From Methanocellales archaeon (GTDB lineage: Archaea > Halobacteriota > UBA148), in NCBI GenBank assembly GCA_030019435.1, contig JASEEV010000003.1, positions 2,376 to 66,375 on the forward strand: a stretch of DNA of 64,000 nucleotides. Direction: 5' to 3'. The notes below the pieces were generated by a model. It made no database searches and was not told the DNA's origin. It worked only from the letters and a program-made list of their open reading frames with translations. How positions within the stretch are numbered: the first letter of the stretch is position 1; every line of letters starts with the position of its first letter. Below are positions 1 through 9,907 of this stretch, one piece after another. A program made the position numbers and the translations under genes.

Positions 1-367
1 GCAGCTTGTTGGCTGGAAAGTCAAGATCCACGTTGACGGAATGAGCATATCTAGCTCGAATCTTCTCTCCACTTAGCTCATATCTTCCTTTGACATCGGA
101 CTCTATCAAGGCAAACAAATGTTCTCTGTGAAACCATCGATACTTGCCCTCTAGTGCACTGATTAGTTGATTTGCATCCACCCATCCTTGCTCATTCATC
201 TTCAGACCTAGCTCGTGGGGAAAATGTCGTAATGCGCCAGAGACCATCTTTCCAAGCTTGGTCACCCTGGTCTCATCTAGAACAAAACGTCCATAGTTGC
301 CGCACTCGCATTTTTCGCCCCTAAAATATCCATGCTTGATGCACATTCGTATCTGTCCAGTTTCCAT
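1..367 (-). CDS. kptA: RNA 2'-phosphotransferase (Tpt1/KptA family), 3'-partial at window edge
   Basis: The minus-strand frame is open from ATG at 367 to the window edge. Translation METGQIRMCIKHGYFRGEKCECG...GALRHFPHELGLKMNEQGWVDANQLIS...IRARYAHS carries the Tpt1 LRH..P and IRA.QGHS-like motifs. This ORF is not in the supplied track because it touches the boundary. Confidence 0.5.
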   Translation of the reverse strand, partial: METGQIRMCIKHGYFRGEKCECGNYGRFVLDETRVTKLGKMVSGALRHFPHELGLKMNEQGWVDANQLISALEGKYRWFHREHLFALIESDVKGRYELSGEKIRARYAHSVNVDLDFPANKL

Positions 368-635
368 ATTGCTCACCCAGGAAAATCTTTTCTGATCCGA
401 TGTGAACATCATACACAAAGCTCTCAGAGCAGAAATAATTGATGGAACGATGAGGCTGAGAGAAGCGCTCAGAGGAAAACTGAGCGAGGAGGAGTTGAGA
501 TCCTAGCTGTCAGGAAATGTGGGAACTTCGCACCCCATGTCTACCGAGTGGCCGTTGACTTTAGAGTGTCATAGCCTATGATATCGCTTAGAGTTATCTA
601 TAAGAGTTAAACGTATTATTACTTGGTACGATATT

Positions 636-1973
636 ATGAGTTTGATTATGAAATCAATTTTCGGAACAGATGGTGTGAGGGGCATCGTAAATGAGGAGTT
701 GACGCCAAAACTTGCTCTGGATCTATGCATGAGTCTAGGAACGTTTCTTAGCGGGGGAACTGTGGCAATAGGTAGGGACACGAGAATATCTGGCGAGATG
801 TTCAAAAATGCTGCGATATCTGGCTTGTTGGCAACGGGTTGCAAGGTGGTCGATGTTGGGATTGCGCCCACGCCAGCTATCCACTACTATGTGAGAGATG
901 CTACGGATGCTGGCATCATCATAACCGCATCTCACAACCCTAGGGAATACAATGGCTTGAAGTTCGTGGCAGGTGATGGCATTGGGTTCAGCAGAGAGGC
1001 GGAAAGAAAAGTAGAACAGATCTACGCTGAGAAGAAGTTCAGACACGTAGAGTGGGATGAGACTGGCGCATTATCTACAGATGATGTGATCCAAAGATAC
1101 AAAGATGGAATCAAAAAACTCGTCAACGTGGAGAAAATACGAAAAATGAATTTCAAGGTGGTCGTGGACACGGGCTGCGGTGCTGGAGGCGTTGTGACAC
1201 CTTCTTTATTAAGAGAATTGGGCTGCACCGTGATCACGTTGAACGCACAATTGGATGGAACCTTCCCCAAAAGACCGCCAGAACCAACTGGCGAAGTCCT
1301 CGGAGATCTAATTGCGCTGGTGCAGAGGAGCGGTGCAGACCTAGGGGTGGCACATGATGGTGATGCCGATAGGGTCGTTTTCGTGGACGAGCATGGCTCT
1401 TTCGTGAATGAGGATGTGCTACTCGCGATATGCGCAAAAGATGCATTGCAAGAGAGAAAAGGTGTTATTGTAACTCCAGTGAGCTCATCGTTATGCGTTA
1501 AAGACGTCGTAGAGCAATGTGGCGGAGAGCTGGTGTGGACACCTATAGGAAGCATCCATGTGGCGAGGAAAATGATGGAACTGGGGGCAGTATTCGGTGG
1601 AGAGGGCAACGGAGGACTGATATTCCCCAAGCATCAATATTGCAGGGATGGTGCCATGGCGGTTGCAAAGATTCTGGAGATGCTTTGTGAAAAGAAGATG
1701 TCCCAGCTTGTTGACGAAATACCACGCTACTATAACGTGAAGGACAAAGTGAAAGTCCTCGACAAAGAGGGCGTGATGGAGAAGGTCTTAGGGGTGGTCA
1801 AGGGTAACGTAGATATAACGGATGGAGTGAAAATCTGGCATGATGATGGATGGGTATTGATCAGGGCTTCTGGAACCGAGCCCATCATTCGCATCTATGC
1901 AGAATCCAAGTCAGAAGAGAGAGCTAACGAGCTCGCTCAGGACGGCATCAAGTTGATCGAGCAAGTGAGCTGA
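636..1973 (+). CDS. glmM: phosphoglucosamine mutase / phosphomannomutase (alpha-D-phosphohexomutase family)
   Basis: 445 aa with TDGVRG near the N-terminus, the active-site serine loop TASHNPREYNGLK, and GDGDADR. Confidence 0.8.
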   Translation: MSLIMKSIFGTDGVRGIVNEELTPKLALDLCMSLGTFLSGGTVAIGRDTRISGEMFKNAAISGLLATGCKVVDVGIAPTPAIHYYVRDATDAGIIITASHNPREYNGLKFVAGDGIGFSREAERKVEQIYAEKKFRHVEWDETGALSTDDVIQRYKDGIKKLVNVEKIRKMNFKVVVDTGCGAGGVVTPSLLRELGCTVITLNAQLDGTFPKRPPEPTGEVLGDLIALVQRSGADLGVAHDGDADRVVFVDEHGSFVNEDVLLAICAKDALQERKGVIVTPVSSSLCVKDVVEQCGGELVWTPIGSIHVARKMMELGAVFGGEGNGGLIFPKHQYCRDGAMAVAKILEMLCEKKMSQLVDEIPRYYNVKDKVKVLDKEGVMEKVLGVVKGNVDITDGVKIWHDDGWVLIRASGTEPIIRIYAESKSEERANELAQDGIKLIEQVS

Positions 1974-2861
1974 ATGTCGAAAATAATGGTCACTGGATGC
2001 AGCGGGTTCATCGGTACCCATCTGACCAAGCGGCTTCTAGAGAGCGGTTTTCATGTGATTGGGTATGATCTGAACGCATCATTGCTCAGAGATCGCAATT
2101 TTGAGTTCATCAAGGGAGACATACTCGATGTAGAAAAATTACAAGAGAGTATGGGTGGTTGTAAGAGCGTATTTCATCTGGCTGCGCAGACAAAAGTTCC
2201 TGCCTCGACCGAAAATCCTCTTGCAGATTTCAAAACAAATGCAGAGGGGACTTTTAACGTGCTCTCCGTGGCTAAGGAGCATGGAGCAAAAGTAGTATAC
2301 GCATCGACGTCCACGGTGTACGGCATAGCTGAGACACCAACCAAAGAATCACATCCATTGCAGCCGATCTCTTTCTATGGCGCATCGAAGGCAGCGGGCG
2401 ATATGTATTGTTTTGCGTTTAACAGCACGTTTGGGTTGGATACGATAGTACTCCGAATCTTCAACGCATATGGTCCAGGTAATGCAAAGGGCGTGATGTA
2501 TGATTTGTTCAAGAAGTTGGAACGTGACCCCACGTACTTGGAGATCATAGGAACTGGATTGCAAGAGAAGGACTACATCTACATCGATGATACAGTAGAT
2601 GCTCTCATGATCGCATACGAGAGAGGAGCATCAGGCGAAGCGTACAACGTCGGTAGCGGTATCTCCACGACGGTGAATGAAATCGCAGAGCTCATTTTTG
2701 ATATCTTGGATATTCACCCCAAGGTAACGTACACAGGAAAATCCTGGAAAGGAGATGTCGAATCCTCCTTGGCAGATATATCAAAATTAAAAAATTTGGG
2801 CTGGAATCCTAAAGTAGGCATAGAAGATGGGATTGAAAAATTGTATGAGTGGATGCAGTGA
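1974..2861 (+). CDS. NAD-dependent epimerase/dehydratase (UDP-glucose 4-epimerase-like)
   Basis: Rossmann motif VTGCSGFIGTHL and a YxxxK-type SDR-extended architecture (YGASKAAGD). The start codon abuts the glmM stop (ATGA-type coupling). Confidence 0.75.
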   Translation: MSKIMVTGCSGFIGTHLTKRLLESGFHVIGYDLNASLLRDRNFEFIKGDILDVEKLQESMGGCKSVFHLAAQTKVPASTENPLADFKTNAEGTFNVLSVAKEHGAKVVYASTSTVYGIAETPTKESHPLQPISFYGASKAAGDMYCFAFNSTFGLDTIVLRIFNAYGPGNAKGVMYDLFKKLERDPTYLEIIGTGLQEKDYIYIDDTVDALMIAYERGASGEAYNVGSGISTTVNEIAELIFDILDIHPKVTYTGKSWKGDVESSLADISKLKNLGWNPKVGIEDGIEKLYEWMQ

Positions 2862-2872
2862 GAAGATTTTGA

Positions 2873-3721
2873 TCATCCAAGCCTGTCCCATCTTCTCCTT
2901 TTATATGCTATGACCGCTACTATGAGTAACGCTATGACGATTCCCGCGATGATGCCATACTTTCCAAGTGCAACAAGTGCCAGTCCGCCTGCATGCTCTC
3001 CTTTCGCAGCTCTTGCACTGTCATAGGCTCTTGTTGCCTCATCATAAGCATGTTCAGCTGCCGCTCTTGATTCATTCATTTTCGCTGCATCATAGAATGC
3101 CCTAGCGTTTTCTAAGAATTTTTCTGCCGACTCGAGGAAGTCTTTTGCCGTCTCCAGCATTGATGAAGGGACGCCTGCATCTTCGGCAGATGCGATTTCC
3201 TCTTCAGCCCGTATTATTCGCATCTCAGCGTCATGTATCGCCCTATACACCCCTATAAATTCCTCGGTCGTTACATCTACGGAGATCGACGTCAGAACTT
3301 CATCCCCTATCTTGATCTCCATCAAGACGATGTATGTCCTCTTCTCAACTTCTGGCGCGGTGCCATCCAGCTTAATCGTCATGTTATCAAACGCTGCATG
3401 ATCGAAGTCAAAAGTGAAGGTGGACCTGTCATCTGTCTTTGTCTCTGACGTTTCACCGTACGTAGTTATCCTCCAAAATGGATCTTCTAAGCGCGTGTCA
3501 AACTTTAACGTCGTTTTAACAGTTAGATTGGGGCTGACCTCCTCTAAGAAAACTTCTGGATGTACTTTTTCCTTGACCATGAGAATATCAGGAATCCCTC
3601 TCCTTTTCTCTGGAACTTCTCTCAAATTTTGCGTTTGCGCAAAAACGCTTTGCGATCCCATGGCGAGAACTAACAAAAAAATTATGCCAAATGTGATCAG
3701 CCTTCTCATTCCATCACCCAT
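2873..3721 (-). CDS. secreted type-I membrane protein (signal peptide, coiled-coil ectodomain, C-terminal TM anchor), hypothetical
   Basis: N-terminal hydrophobic signal ending in ...SVFAQTQ. C-terminal IIAGIVIALLIVAVIAYKRRRW anchor. Its start overlaps the cetZ stop. Confidence 0.45.
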   Translation of the reverse strand: MGDGMRRLITFGIIFLLVLAMGSQSVFAQTQNLREVPEKRRGIPDILMVKEKVHPEVFLEEVSPNLTVKTTLKFDTRLEDPFWRITTYGETSETKTDDRSTFTFDFDHAAFDNMTIKLDGTAPEVEKRTYIVLMEIKIGDEVLTSISVDVTTEEFIGVYRAIHDAEMRIIRAEEEIASAEDAGVPSSMLETAKDFLESAEKFLENARAFYDAAKMNESRAAAEHAYDEATRAYDSARAAKGEHAGGLALVALGKYGIIAGIVIALLIVAVIAYKRRRWDRLG

Positions 3722-4890
3722 CAGAACAACGGTCTTAGATCTTCTGCTCTCATTAACTCTTCGAGCCTCTCGCCTTTTTTCTCGGTAAACTCTTTCATTC
3801 TTTCCTGTGCCTCTACGGCGAGTTTCTGTAGTTCTTTGATTCGTGGTATATCTGACACGCCAGATAAGAGGACGACACTCGCCACATATTTACTATCTGG
3901 GACTGGATAATCTCCCCCACGAACTTCTCCGCCCCCTATCGCTTCCTCAAGCCATAATCTTGCTTTTTCGGTTCCAACTCTGCTCAACTGATCCGGTGGT
4001 CCAGCTACCAAAATGAGCGCTTTTTCAGCACTTTTGATATCACTTGGTATCGTCAATCGCCCCATCGCCGCTCTTCGTACCAAGGAAACGACCCTGGTAG
4101 TTGCATCAAGCGTTTCTATGGATGTCCTCCTCCTGAGCATATTTCTGAGCTTGCTCCAGAACCCCATTCTTTTGGCCTCCTCTCTTGCATAGCCTATGAC
4201 TGCAAGGTCTCCACCTTTGAGCGTGTTGATGATCTCGGACGAATCTATCACCGATTCCCCCACTCCCACTGTGGAAACCGGTGATTCGCCAGCACCAAGT
4301 ATGATGCCAAACCTCCTGGCGATCTCCTCATTTATGTACTGGTATGATTCTACAAGGGTTGTTCCTTCCTTCTTCCACGAATCATTATCGAACAAAAATA
4401 GGCTATCGACCTCTTTTATAAAGGTCATGAGACTTCTGGCTGCATTCAATGAATAGAGCGAACCCTCATCATTTGATGGCAATATTCCCAGGCCATAGAC
4501 GGGCTCTGTGTAGAGTTTTTTCAGCCTTCTTGCAATGACAGGGGCTCCTCCCGATCCTGTTCCGCCTCCTAGGCCAGCGACTATCAAAAATGCATCCGTC
4601 TCATGCGTACCTCGTATGTCCACAGCGCTTTGAATCGTGTAAATATCATCTGTGGCTATCTTTGCGCCCAGCTCATTGTCTGCACCAATGCCATGACCCT
4701 TTGCTATCGTTTGGCCTATGAGCAGACGATCATCCATTGGTATGTATCTCAGACCCATGAGATCTGCTTTGGCGGTATTGATGGCTAATGCCCTCGCAAT
4801 GGAGTTTTGACGAGTTCTCATATCGTATTCTAGGAGCAGGTCTACTATCTTCCCCCCTGCTTGTCCAAAGCCAATTGCAAACAGTTTCAT
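3721..4890 (-). CDS. cetZ: CetZ, archaeal tubulin/FtsZ-superfamily cell-shape GTPase
   Basis: GFGQAGGKIVD N-terminal motif, the tubulin signature GGGTGSG, and 389 aa length typical of CetZ rather than FtsZ. Confidence 0.75.
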   Translation of the reverse strand: MKLFAIGFGQAGGKIVDLLLEYDMRTRQNSIARALAINTAKADLMGLRYIPMDDRLLIGQTIAKGHGIGADNELGAKIATDDIYTIQSAVDIRGTHETDAFLIVAGLGGGTGSGGAPVIARRLKKLYTEPVYGLGILPSNDEGSLYSLNAARSLMTFIKEVDSLFLFDNDSWKKEGTTLVESYQYINEEIARRFGIILGAGESPVSTVGVGESVIDSSEIINTLKGGDLAVIGYAREEAKRMGFWSKLRNMLRRRTSIETLDATTRVVSLVRRAAMGRLTIPSDIKSAEKALILVAGPPDQLSRVGTEKARLWLEEAIGGGEVRGGDYPVPDSKYVASVVLLSGVSDIPRIKELQKLAVEAQERMKEFTEKKGERLEELMRAEDLRPLF

Positions 4891-4939
4891 GTTTATCCGC
4901 TCAGTTTTTTGGATATTGTGTGTGACGCACTATATATAT

Positions 4940-5572
4940 TTATTGAATATCTTTAAGGATGACATAGTTGTTATAGACATTTTTCAGACGTATCCCATCA
5001 ATGGGTATCGCAAGCAGTTCCTTATCAGTTTTGACCTTTAGCTCAAGCAGATCTCCTGTTCTATCATCATAAACGATGTTGTGCACCGTTCCGATGAGAG
5101 TACCATCGCCGTATGTAACTTTTTGGCCAAGCATGTCCTTTGCTGATGGTTTGCCATCTTTGTACCGCTGTATCAGTTGCCAGATCAATTTTTCCTTTCT
5201 TTCAAATGAATCCATGCTAATTCCCATGAGCTTTGCAAGCGCTTTGGCATCCACGATATCGCCAAGACCCCTCAATTCTTGTCTCCTCTGCAAGTCATAC
5301 AGCATCGTATATATCAGGGCCTGAGCATGGGCAAATGGATCTTTGCCAGGATGGGCAAGACATTCGTTTGCTATCTTTTGAACCTCATCACCAATGATCT
5401 TCGAAAGTTCTTCTTTGGAGGGCTCGTTATCCATGCCAGGCGGGATCATAAAATCTTCCTTGATGAAGTGCTCTATGGTCGCATCATCAACTGGCTCCAT
5501 GAGGAAGTTCCAAGGAAAGAGTCGGGATCGTAGATAATTATAGACCTTGTCCATCATTATTTCCGTTTTCAT
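4940..5572 (-). CDS. PRC-barrel domain protein (C-terminal PRC barrel), hypothetical
   Basis: The C-terminal ~80 aa (KVTYGDGTLIGTVHNIVYDDRTGDLLELKVKTDKELLAIPIDGIRLKN) has a PRC-barrel-like pattern. It overlaps the upstream gene by 4 nt and lies 50 nt upstream of cetZ on the same strand. Confidence 0.45.
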   Translation of the reverse strand: MKTEIMMDKVYNYLRSRLFPWNFLMEPVDDATIEHFIKEDFMIPPGMDNEPSKEELSKIIGDEVQKIANECLAHPGKDPFAHAQALIYTMLYDLQRRQELRGLGDIVDAKALAKLMGISMDSFERKEKLIWQLIQRYKDGKPSAKDMLGQKVTYGDGTLIGTVHNIVYDDRTGDLLELKVKTDKELLAIPIDGIRLKNVYNNYVILKDIQ

Positions 5573-6468
5573 GATTTCCCTCTGAGCATTTGATACAGTT
5601 TTGATATTTTGGAGGGCTCCTCCTTTTTCTCCTCGCTTGGCACTTCTTTTCTACAAAGCAGCCAAACCCATTTTCCGAAATCCGTTACCTCGTAGGTGTC
5701 ACCGTGTCTCTCAACTAAATGATAGTCCCAGTCATCCCCGACCAGATAATCCATGCTTTCCTTCAACCGCTCATCGTACATTTCACTCACGAGCCCCTTA
5801 TATTCCTCATCCTCGATATTGCAAATTTCTTGGATCTCACTTAGATTTAGCTCTCTCTCAGAGTTAACTAAGACGTTGAAGCCAATAAATGCATAGTCCC
5901 TCTCTTTTAGACGTCTCCAGCACAGGTCCAGTTGGTTACTCCTGCCCAACATTTTTTTTGCCGATTCTTGGAGAATGGTAGTCACATAATCCAAAGCTCC
6001 TAATGCGACGATGTCATTGACATCTGGAGTTGTGATCTTCACCCCTTTATCGCTCATCGTGGCGTTTTTGAGTTCGATCCTCGGTTTGGGATCGCCAAAT
6101 AATATATCCGTTATCGCCCTGAAATATTGCTCTGAGAGGGGCTCTCTTTCAGAGTCGTATGGATACAGATTACCACGCCTCAGATCCAGACTAGGACCAA
6201 AGTCTGCCACCAATTCAAGAATGTCACGTCTGACTTGTGCCATACTTGCAAAAGCGCCCTCCTTTTCATCTATCGTTCTCCTTAACTTGTTCGCCTCTTT
6301 CTCTAATTGCAACCTGAGCTTGCCACCAATCCCTTTGCTTAGTAATGCCTCAATTTCTTCTATCTTTTTTCTTATGTCACCTGGTTCATCAGCGCCAACT
6401 TTCTCTTTCAAAAGCCAGTATTCGTTCGCCAGGATGTTTGCCCTCTCGTTAAAGGCGGCTTCACGCAT
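5569..6468 (-). CDS. hypothetical protein (first gene of cetZ operon)
   Basis: 299-aa ORF with no recognisable motif. It is translationally coupled to the PRC-barrel gene. Confidence 0.4.
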   Translation of the reverse strand: MREAAFNERANILANEYWLLKEKVGADEPGDIRKKIEEIEALLSKGIGGKLRLQLEKEANKLRRTIDEKEGAFASMAQVRRDILELVADFGPSLDLRRGNLYPYDSEREPLSEQYFRAITDILFGDPKPRIELKNATMSDKGVKITTPDVNDIVALGALDYVTTILQESAKKMLGRSNQLDLCWRRLKERDYAFIGFNVLVNSERELNLSEIQEICNIEDEEYKGLVSEMYDERLKESMDYLVGDDWDYHLVERHGDTYEVTDFGKWVWLLCRKEVPSEEKKEEPSKISKLYQMLRGKS

Positions 6469-6526
6469 AATTGCTCCCTATGGACACTTGTTTGATAACT
6501 CATATTAGTAACTTACTATATAAGTA

Positions 6527-7633
6527 GTGGTGATGAAATACGTCGTGCTCGTTGGAGATGGAATGGCAGACTATCCCCTGGAGGCGTTGGAGGGTAAGAC
6601 GCCATTACAGGTCGCTCATACGCCAAACATGGATTTTATCTCAACTGAGGGGAAGAGTGGGATCGTGAGAACTATACCAGATGGTATGTATCCGGGAAGC
6701 GATATCGCCAACCTATCCATCCTTGGCTATGATCCCAGAAAATACTATACGGGCAGGGGACCTCTCGAGGCGGCAAGCATGGGAGTTTCTCTCGGCGAGG
6801 GTGAGGTGGCGTTTAGATGTAATCTGGTTACCGTGAAAGAAGACATACTCGTTGATTACAGCGCTGGGCACATATCAACTGAGGAAGGCAGGGCTCTAAT
6901 ACAACTCATCGACGAGAAGTTAGGGAGCGAGAGCATCAGTTTCCATCCCGGCATCAGCTATCGCCATCTATTGGTTCTCAAAGGTTGCGAGAAGGTGAGA
7001 TGTGTCCCACCGCATGACATAGTAGGTCAGCCGATGGAAGAAAATCTTCCTTCTGGAGAGGGCAGCGAAGTGCTAAAAAAGCTCATGCACGACTCCAGAT
7101 CCATCCTGGGAGAATACATGATCTGGCCATGGGGACCTGGCAAAGCGCCACACATGCCTTCTTTTAAGGACAAATACGATCTCAGCGGCTCTGTGATCTC
7201 AGCCGTAAATCTGATAAAAGGCATTGGGAGATGTGCTGGGTTGCAAATCATCAATGTGCCAGGCGCTACTGGTTACTTGGATACGAACTATAAGGGAAAG
7301 GCAGATTACGCATTAAGCTCCTTAGAAAACAAAGACTTCGTCTTCGTGCATGTCGAGGCGCCGGATGAAGCAGGTCATGCAGGTGACATTAGGGCTAAGA
7401 TCAAGGCCATAGAGGATTTTGACGAGAAGGTCGTGGGAACGATGCTGGATGGCTTAAGTAAATATGAGGGATATAAGATAATGGTGCTGCCAGACCATCC
7501 CACACCGATATCACTCAGAACCCATACTTCAGATCCTGTGCAGTATGCCATGTTCTCCACGTGTGAACTCTCGACCAGGAGGTTTATCGAGGAAGGACAC
7601 GAACTGATGGACCTCTTTATCAAAGGGTGTTAG
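6527..7633 (+). CDS. apgM: 2,3-bisphosphoglycerate-independent phosphoglycerate mutase, archaeal type (aPGAM), paralog 1
   Basis: N-terminus VVLVGDGMADYPLEALEGKTPLQVAHTPNMD and a C-terminal DHPTP metal site, as in the archaeal iPGM family. Confidence 0.85.
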   Translation: MVMKYVVLVGDGMADYPLEALEGKTPLQVAHTPNMDFISTEGKSGIVRTIPDGMYPGSDIANLSILGYDPRKYYTGRGPLEAASMGVSLGEGEVAFRCNLVTVKEDILVDYSAGHISTEEGRALIQLIDEKLGSESISFHPGISYRHLLVLKGCEKVRCVPPHDIVGQPMEENLPSGEGSEVLKKLMHDSRSILGEYMIWPWGPGKAPHMPSFKDKYDLSGSVISAVNLIKGIGRCAGLQIINVPGATGYLDTNYKGKADYALSSLENKDFVFVHVEAPDEAGHAGDIRAKIKAIEDFDEKVVGTMLDGLSKYEGYKIMVLPDHPTPISLRTHTSDPVQYAMFSTCELSTRRFIEEGHELMDLFIKGC

Positions 7634-8532
7634 CGATGGATCATATCAAGGTAAAGGCCCCTGCAACGTCCGCCAACCTAGGTGCAGGTTTTGACGTATT
7701 TGGCATGGCACTGCAAATGCCATATGACGTCATTGAGCTTGTGCCCCATGATAGCATAGAGATAGAAGTCGACGGAGTTGGTGGAGAGCGAATTCCCACT
7801 GATCCCACAAAGAACACGGCAGGCATTACTGCCTCCGAGCTAGGATGTACTGCCAAGATTACGGTTCACAAGGGGATCATGCCATATAGCGGACTTGGGT
7901 CTTCTGCAGCTAGTGCGGCGGGAGCTGCCTTTGGTCTCAACAAGCTCTTTGATCTCGGTCTCTCGGACAATGAACTGATCAGGGCAGCGGTTAAAGGTGA
8001 AGAAGTCGTGTCTGGAGCGGCACATGCGGATAATGTTGCCCCCTCGCTACTAGGAGGATTCACGATCGTGCATGGCGAAGGCGTAATCCGATTGGACCCA
8101 CCTGCCATCGGCATCGTTGCAGTCCTACCAGATATTTTTGTGGAAACAAGGGTTGCACGATCGCTATTACCGCAAAAAGTACCGCTGGAAGACTTGGTTT
8201 TTAACATTGGAAATGCATCCTCGTTGATCATCGGCATGGTTACCGGAAATCTGGAGCTGATCGGCAGGAGCATGCAAGATCGCATCATCGCACCAGTAAG
8301 GGCAAAGCTCATTCCTGGTTACGATGAGGTGAGAGAGAGCGCTCTGCGAGCAGGTGCAGCTGGGGTAACGATCAGCGGCTCAGGTCCAGCCATGATTGCC
8401 GTCTGCGAGCTTGGGCGAAGAGGGCAAATAGCAGATGCGATGGTGGACGCATTCGAGCGCAATGGGATAAAAAGCGAATCCTTTGTAACTCAACCTGGTG
8501 GTGGCGCGGAGATTATGGGGGAGCATGAATGA
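7627..8532 (+). CDS. thrB: homoserine kinase (GHMP kinase family)
   Basis: KAPATSANLGAGFDVFG, the GHMP motif SGLGSSAAS, and ISGSGPA. It is collinear along its length with archaeal ThrB (e.g. Methanocaldococcus) as I recall it. Overlaps apgM by 7 nt. Confidence 0.85.
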   Translation: MLAMDHIKVKAPATSANLGAGFDVFGMALQMPYDVIELVPHDSIEIEVDGVGGERIPTDPTKNTAGITASELGCTAKITVHKGIMPYSGLGSSAASAAGAAFGLNKLFDLGLSDNELIRAAVKGEEVVSGAAHADNVAPSLLGGFTIVHGEGVIRLDPPAIGIVAVLPDIFVETRVARSLLPQKVPLEDLVFNIGNASSLIIGMVTGNLELIGRSMQDRIIAPVRAKLIPGYDEVRESALRAGAAGVTISGSGPAMIAVCELGRRGQIADAMVDAFERNGIKSESFVTQPGGGAEIMGEHE

Positions 8533-9092
8533 AAGGCAGGATATTAAAGCTCTTGATGGCAGCAATCATCATCTCTGCTATCCTAGTTGTCTGGTCTAGC
8601 ACCAGGATGATAGGGCCATCAACAGGCCCATCAGCAAGTCCAACGCCTACGCCAACACCGACCATAACTCTGCCCGAAGGGCACCCACCAATAGGGAGAA
8701 TCAAATCAGTCTCCTTTGACAAAGACGAGTATTATGCAGGAGACGTCGTCATCGCAGCATTAGAGGTGGAAAATATTGGTGGTGCAGACATCACCTCTGA
8801 AAAAGTTACGATCAAGGCTACATGCGTCAGATTAGACGATTTTTTGGCAAACCTTTATCTTAAAACCCTGAGCAAAGAGGAAAGGACGGAAACGTACACG
8901 ATGGATTTCTCAGAAACGATAGGGTCAGGGCAGACAGAAATATTGTCAGCAAGCTTTAACACCTTGGCAGAAATAGAGGCGAGTGGAATGAAGGTGAGCC
9001 TAGCAGGCGACTATGATATTCTGGTAACGCTGGACATAGATAGCAAAAGAGCGGATGCTGTGGAGTTAAAGCTAACCTTGCTAGGGGCATGA
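8529..9092 (+). CDS. membrane-anchored secreted protein with Pro/Thr-rich linker, hypothetical
   Basis: N-terminal TM/signal (LLMAAIIISAILVVW) followed by SPTPTPTPTIT. Confidence 0.4.
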   Translation: MKGRILKLLMAAIIISAILVVWSSTRMIGPSTGPSASPTPTPTPTITLPEGHPPIGRIKSVSFDKDEYYAGDVVIAALEVENIGGADITSEKVTIKATCVRLDDFLANLYLKTLSKEERTETYTMDFSETIGSGQTEILSASFNTLAEIEASGMKVSLAGDYDILVTLDIDSKRADAVELKLTLLGA

Positions 9093-9844
9093 TCTTGAGG
9101 GCTGAAGCATTTGTAGTTAAAGGAATCCCGACGATCGAGAAGGGAGATGACCTGGGTAAGATCATATCTGAGTTGGCGCAACTGGAGGATGGGGACATCA
9201 TAGTAGTCGCCTCTACCGTCGTTGCAAAGTCAGAGGGGAGGGTGCTCCGCCTAGATGACATAAAGCCCGGCGATGATGCAAAACGAATTGCGCGCATGAA
9301 TGATGAAGATGCGAGATTTGTTCAGGTGGTCTTGAACGAGAGTGAGGAGGTGCTAATCGAGAGCCCATTCATGTTAACTCAGACTCATACAGGGCATATA
9401 TGCGTGAATGCTGGTATAGATCGATCAAACATTCAGGAAGGATTTGTACTGTTGTTACCAGAAGATCCAGATGGAAGCGCAAAAAAGATCAGGGATGCGA
9501 TGGGCAAGCACGTTGTGGTAATCATCACGGACACATGTGGCAGACCCTTCCGGATCGGGCAAACTGGCATCGCAATTGGATGTGCTGGCATCGCCTCTAC
9601 TAAGGACTGGAAGGGTGAAAAGGATCTATTTGGTAGAGAGCTAAAAGTAACGAATGAGGCAATCATAGATGAGTTGGCTGGTTTTGCGAATCTGTTGATG
9701 GGCGAAGCTTCTGGAAGAACGCCAGTGGTGATACTTCGTGGAGTCCGGTGGGGAGAAAGCGAAAATGGGATCAGAAGCATATATAGGCCGGAAGCGGAAG
9801 ATCTGATAAAAAAGGCGCTTAAAAAGGATGCTCCGGCTGGATGA
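9089..9844 (+). CDS. cofE: coenzyme F420-0:L-glutamate ligase
   Basis: 251 aa with CofE-like blocks (VIITDTCGRPFRIGQTGIAIGCAGI, KDLFGRELKVT). Confidence 0.75.
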   Translation: MILRAEAFVVKGIPTIEKGDDLGKIISELAQLEDGDIIVVASTVVAKSEGRVLRLDDIKPGDDAKRIARMNDEDARFVQVVLNESEEVLIESPFMLTQTHTGHICVNAGIDRSNIQEGFVLLLPEDPDGSAKKIRDAMGKHVVVIITDTCGRPFRIGQTGIAIGCAGIASTKDWKGEKDLFGRELKVTNEAIIDELAGFANLLMGEASGRTPVVILRGVRWGESENGIRSIYRPEAEDLIKKALKKDAPAG

Positions 9845-9907
9845 TGAACTAGGGTTAAAAAGACAGCAGAACCAACCGTGGAGTGATTTCCGGTAGCTGA
9901 ATATTTT

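Noticed and set aside
569-1630. Minus-strand ORFs (100, 103, 202, 70 aa) overlapping glmM
   Set aside because: They are antisense to a well-supported phosphohexomutase gene, have low-complexity or Pro/Ser-rich translations and no motifs. They are shadow ORFs.
6011-6508. 165-aa plus-strand ORF
   Set aside because: It is fully antisense to the 299-aa first gene of the cetZ operon and has an unstructured hydrophobic/Ser-rich translation.
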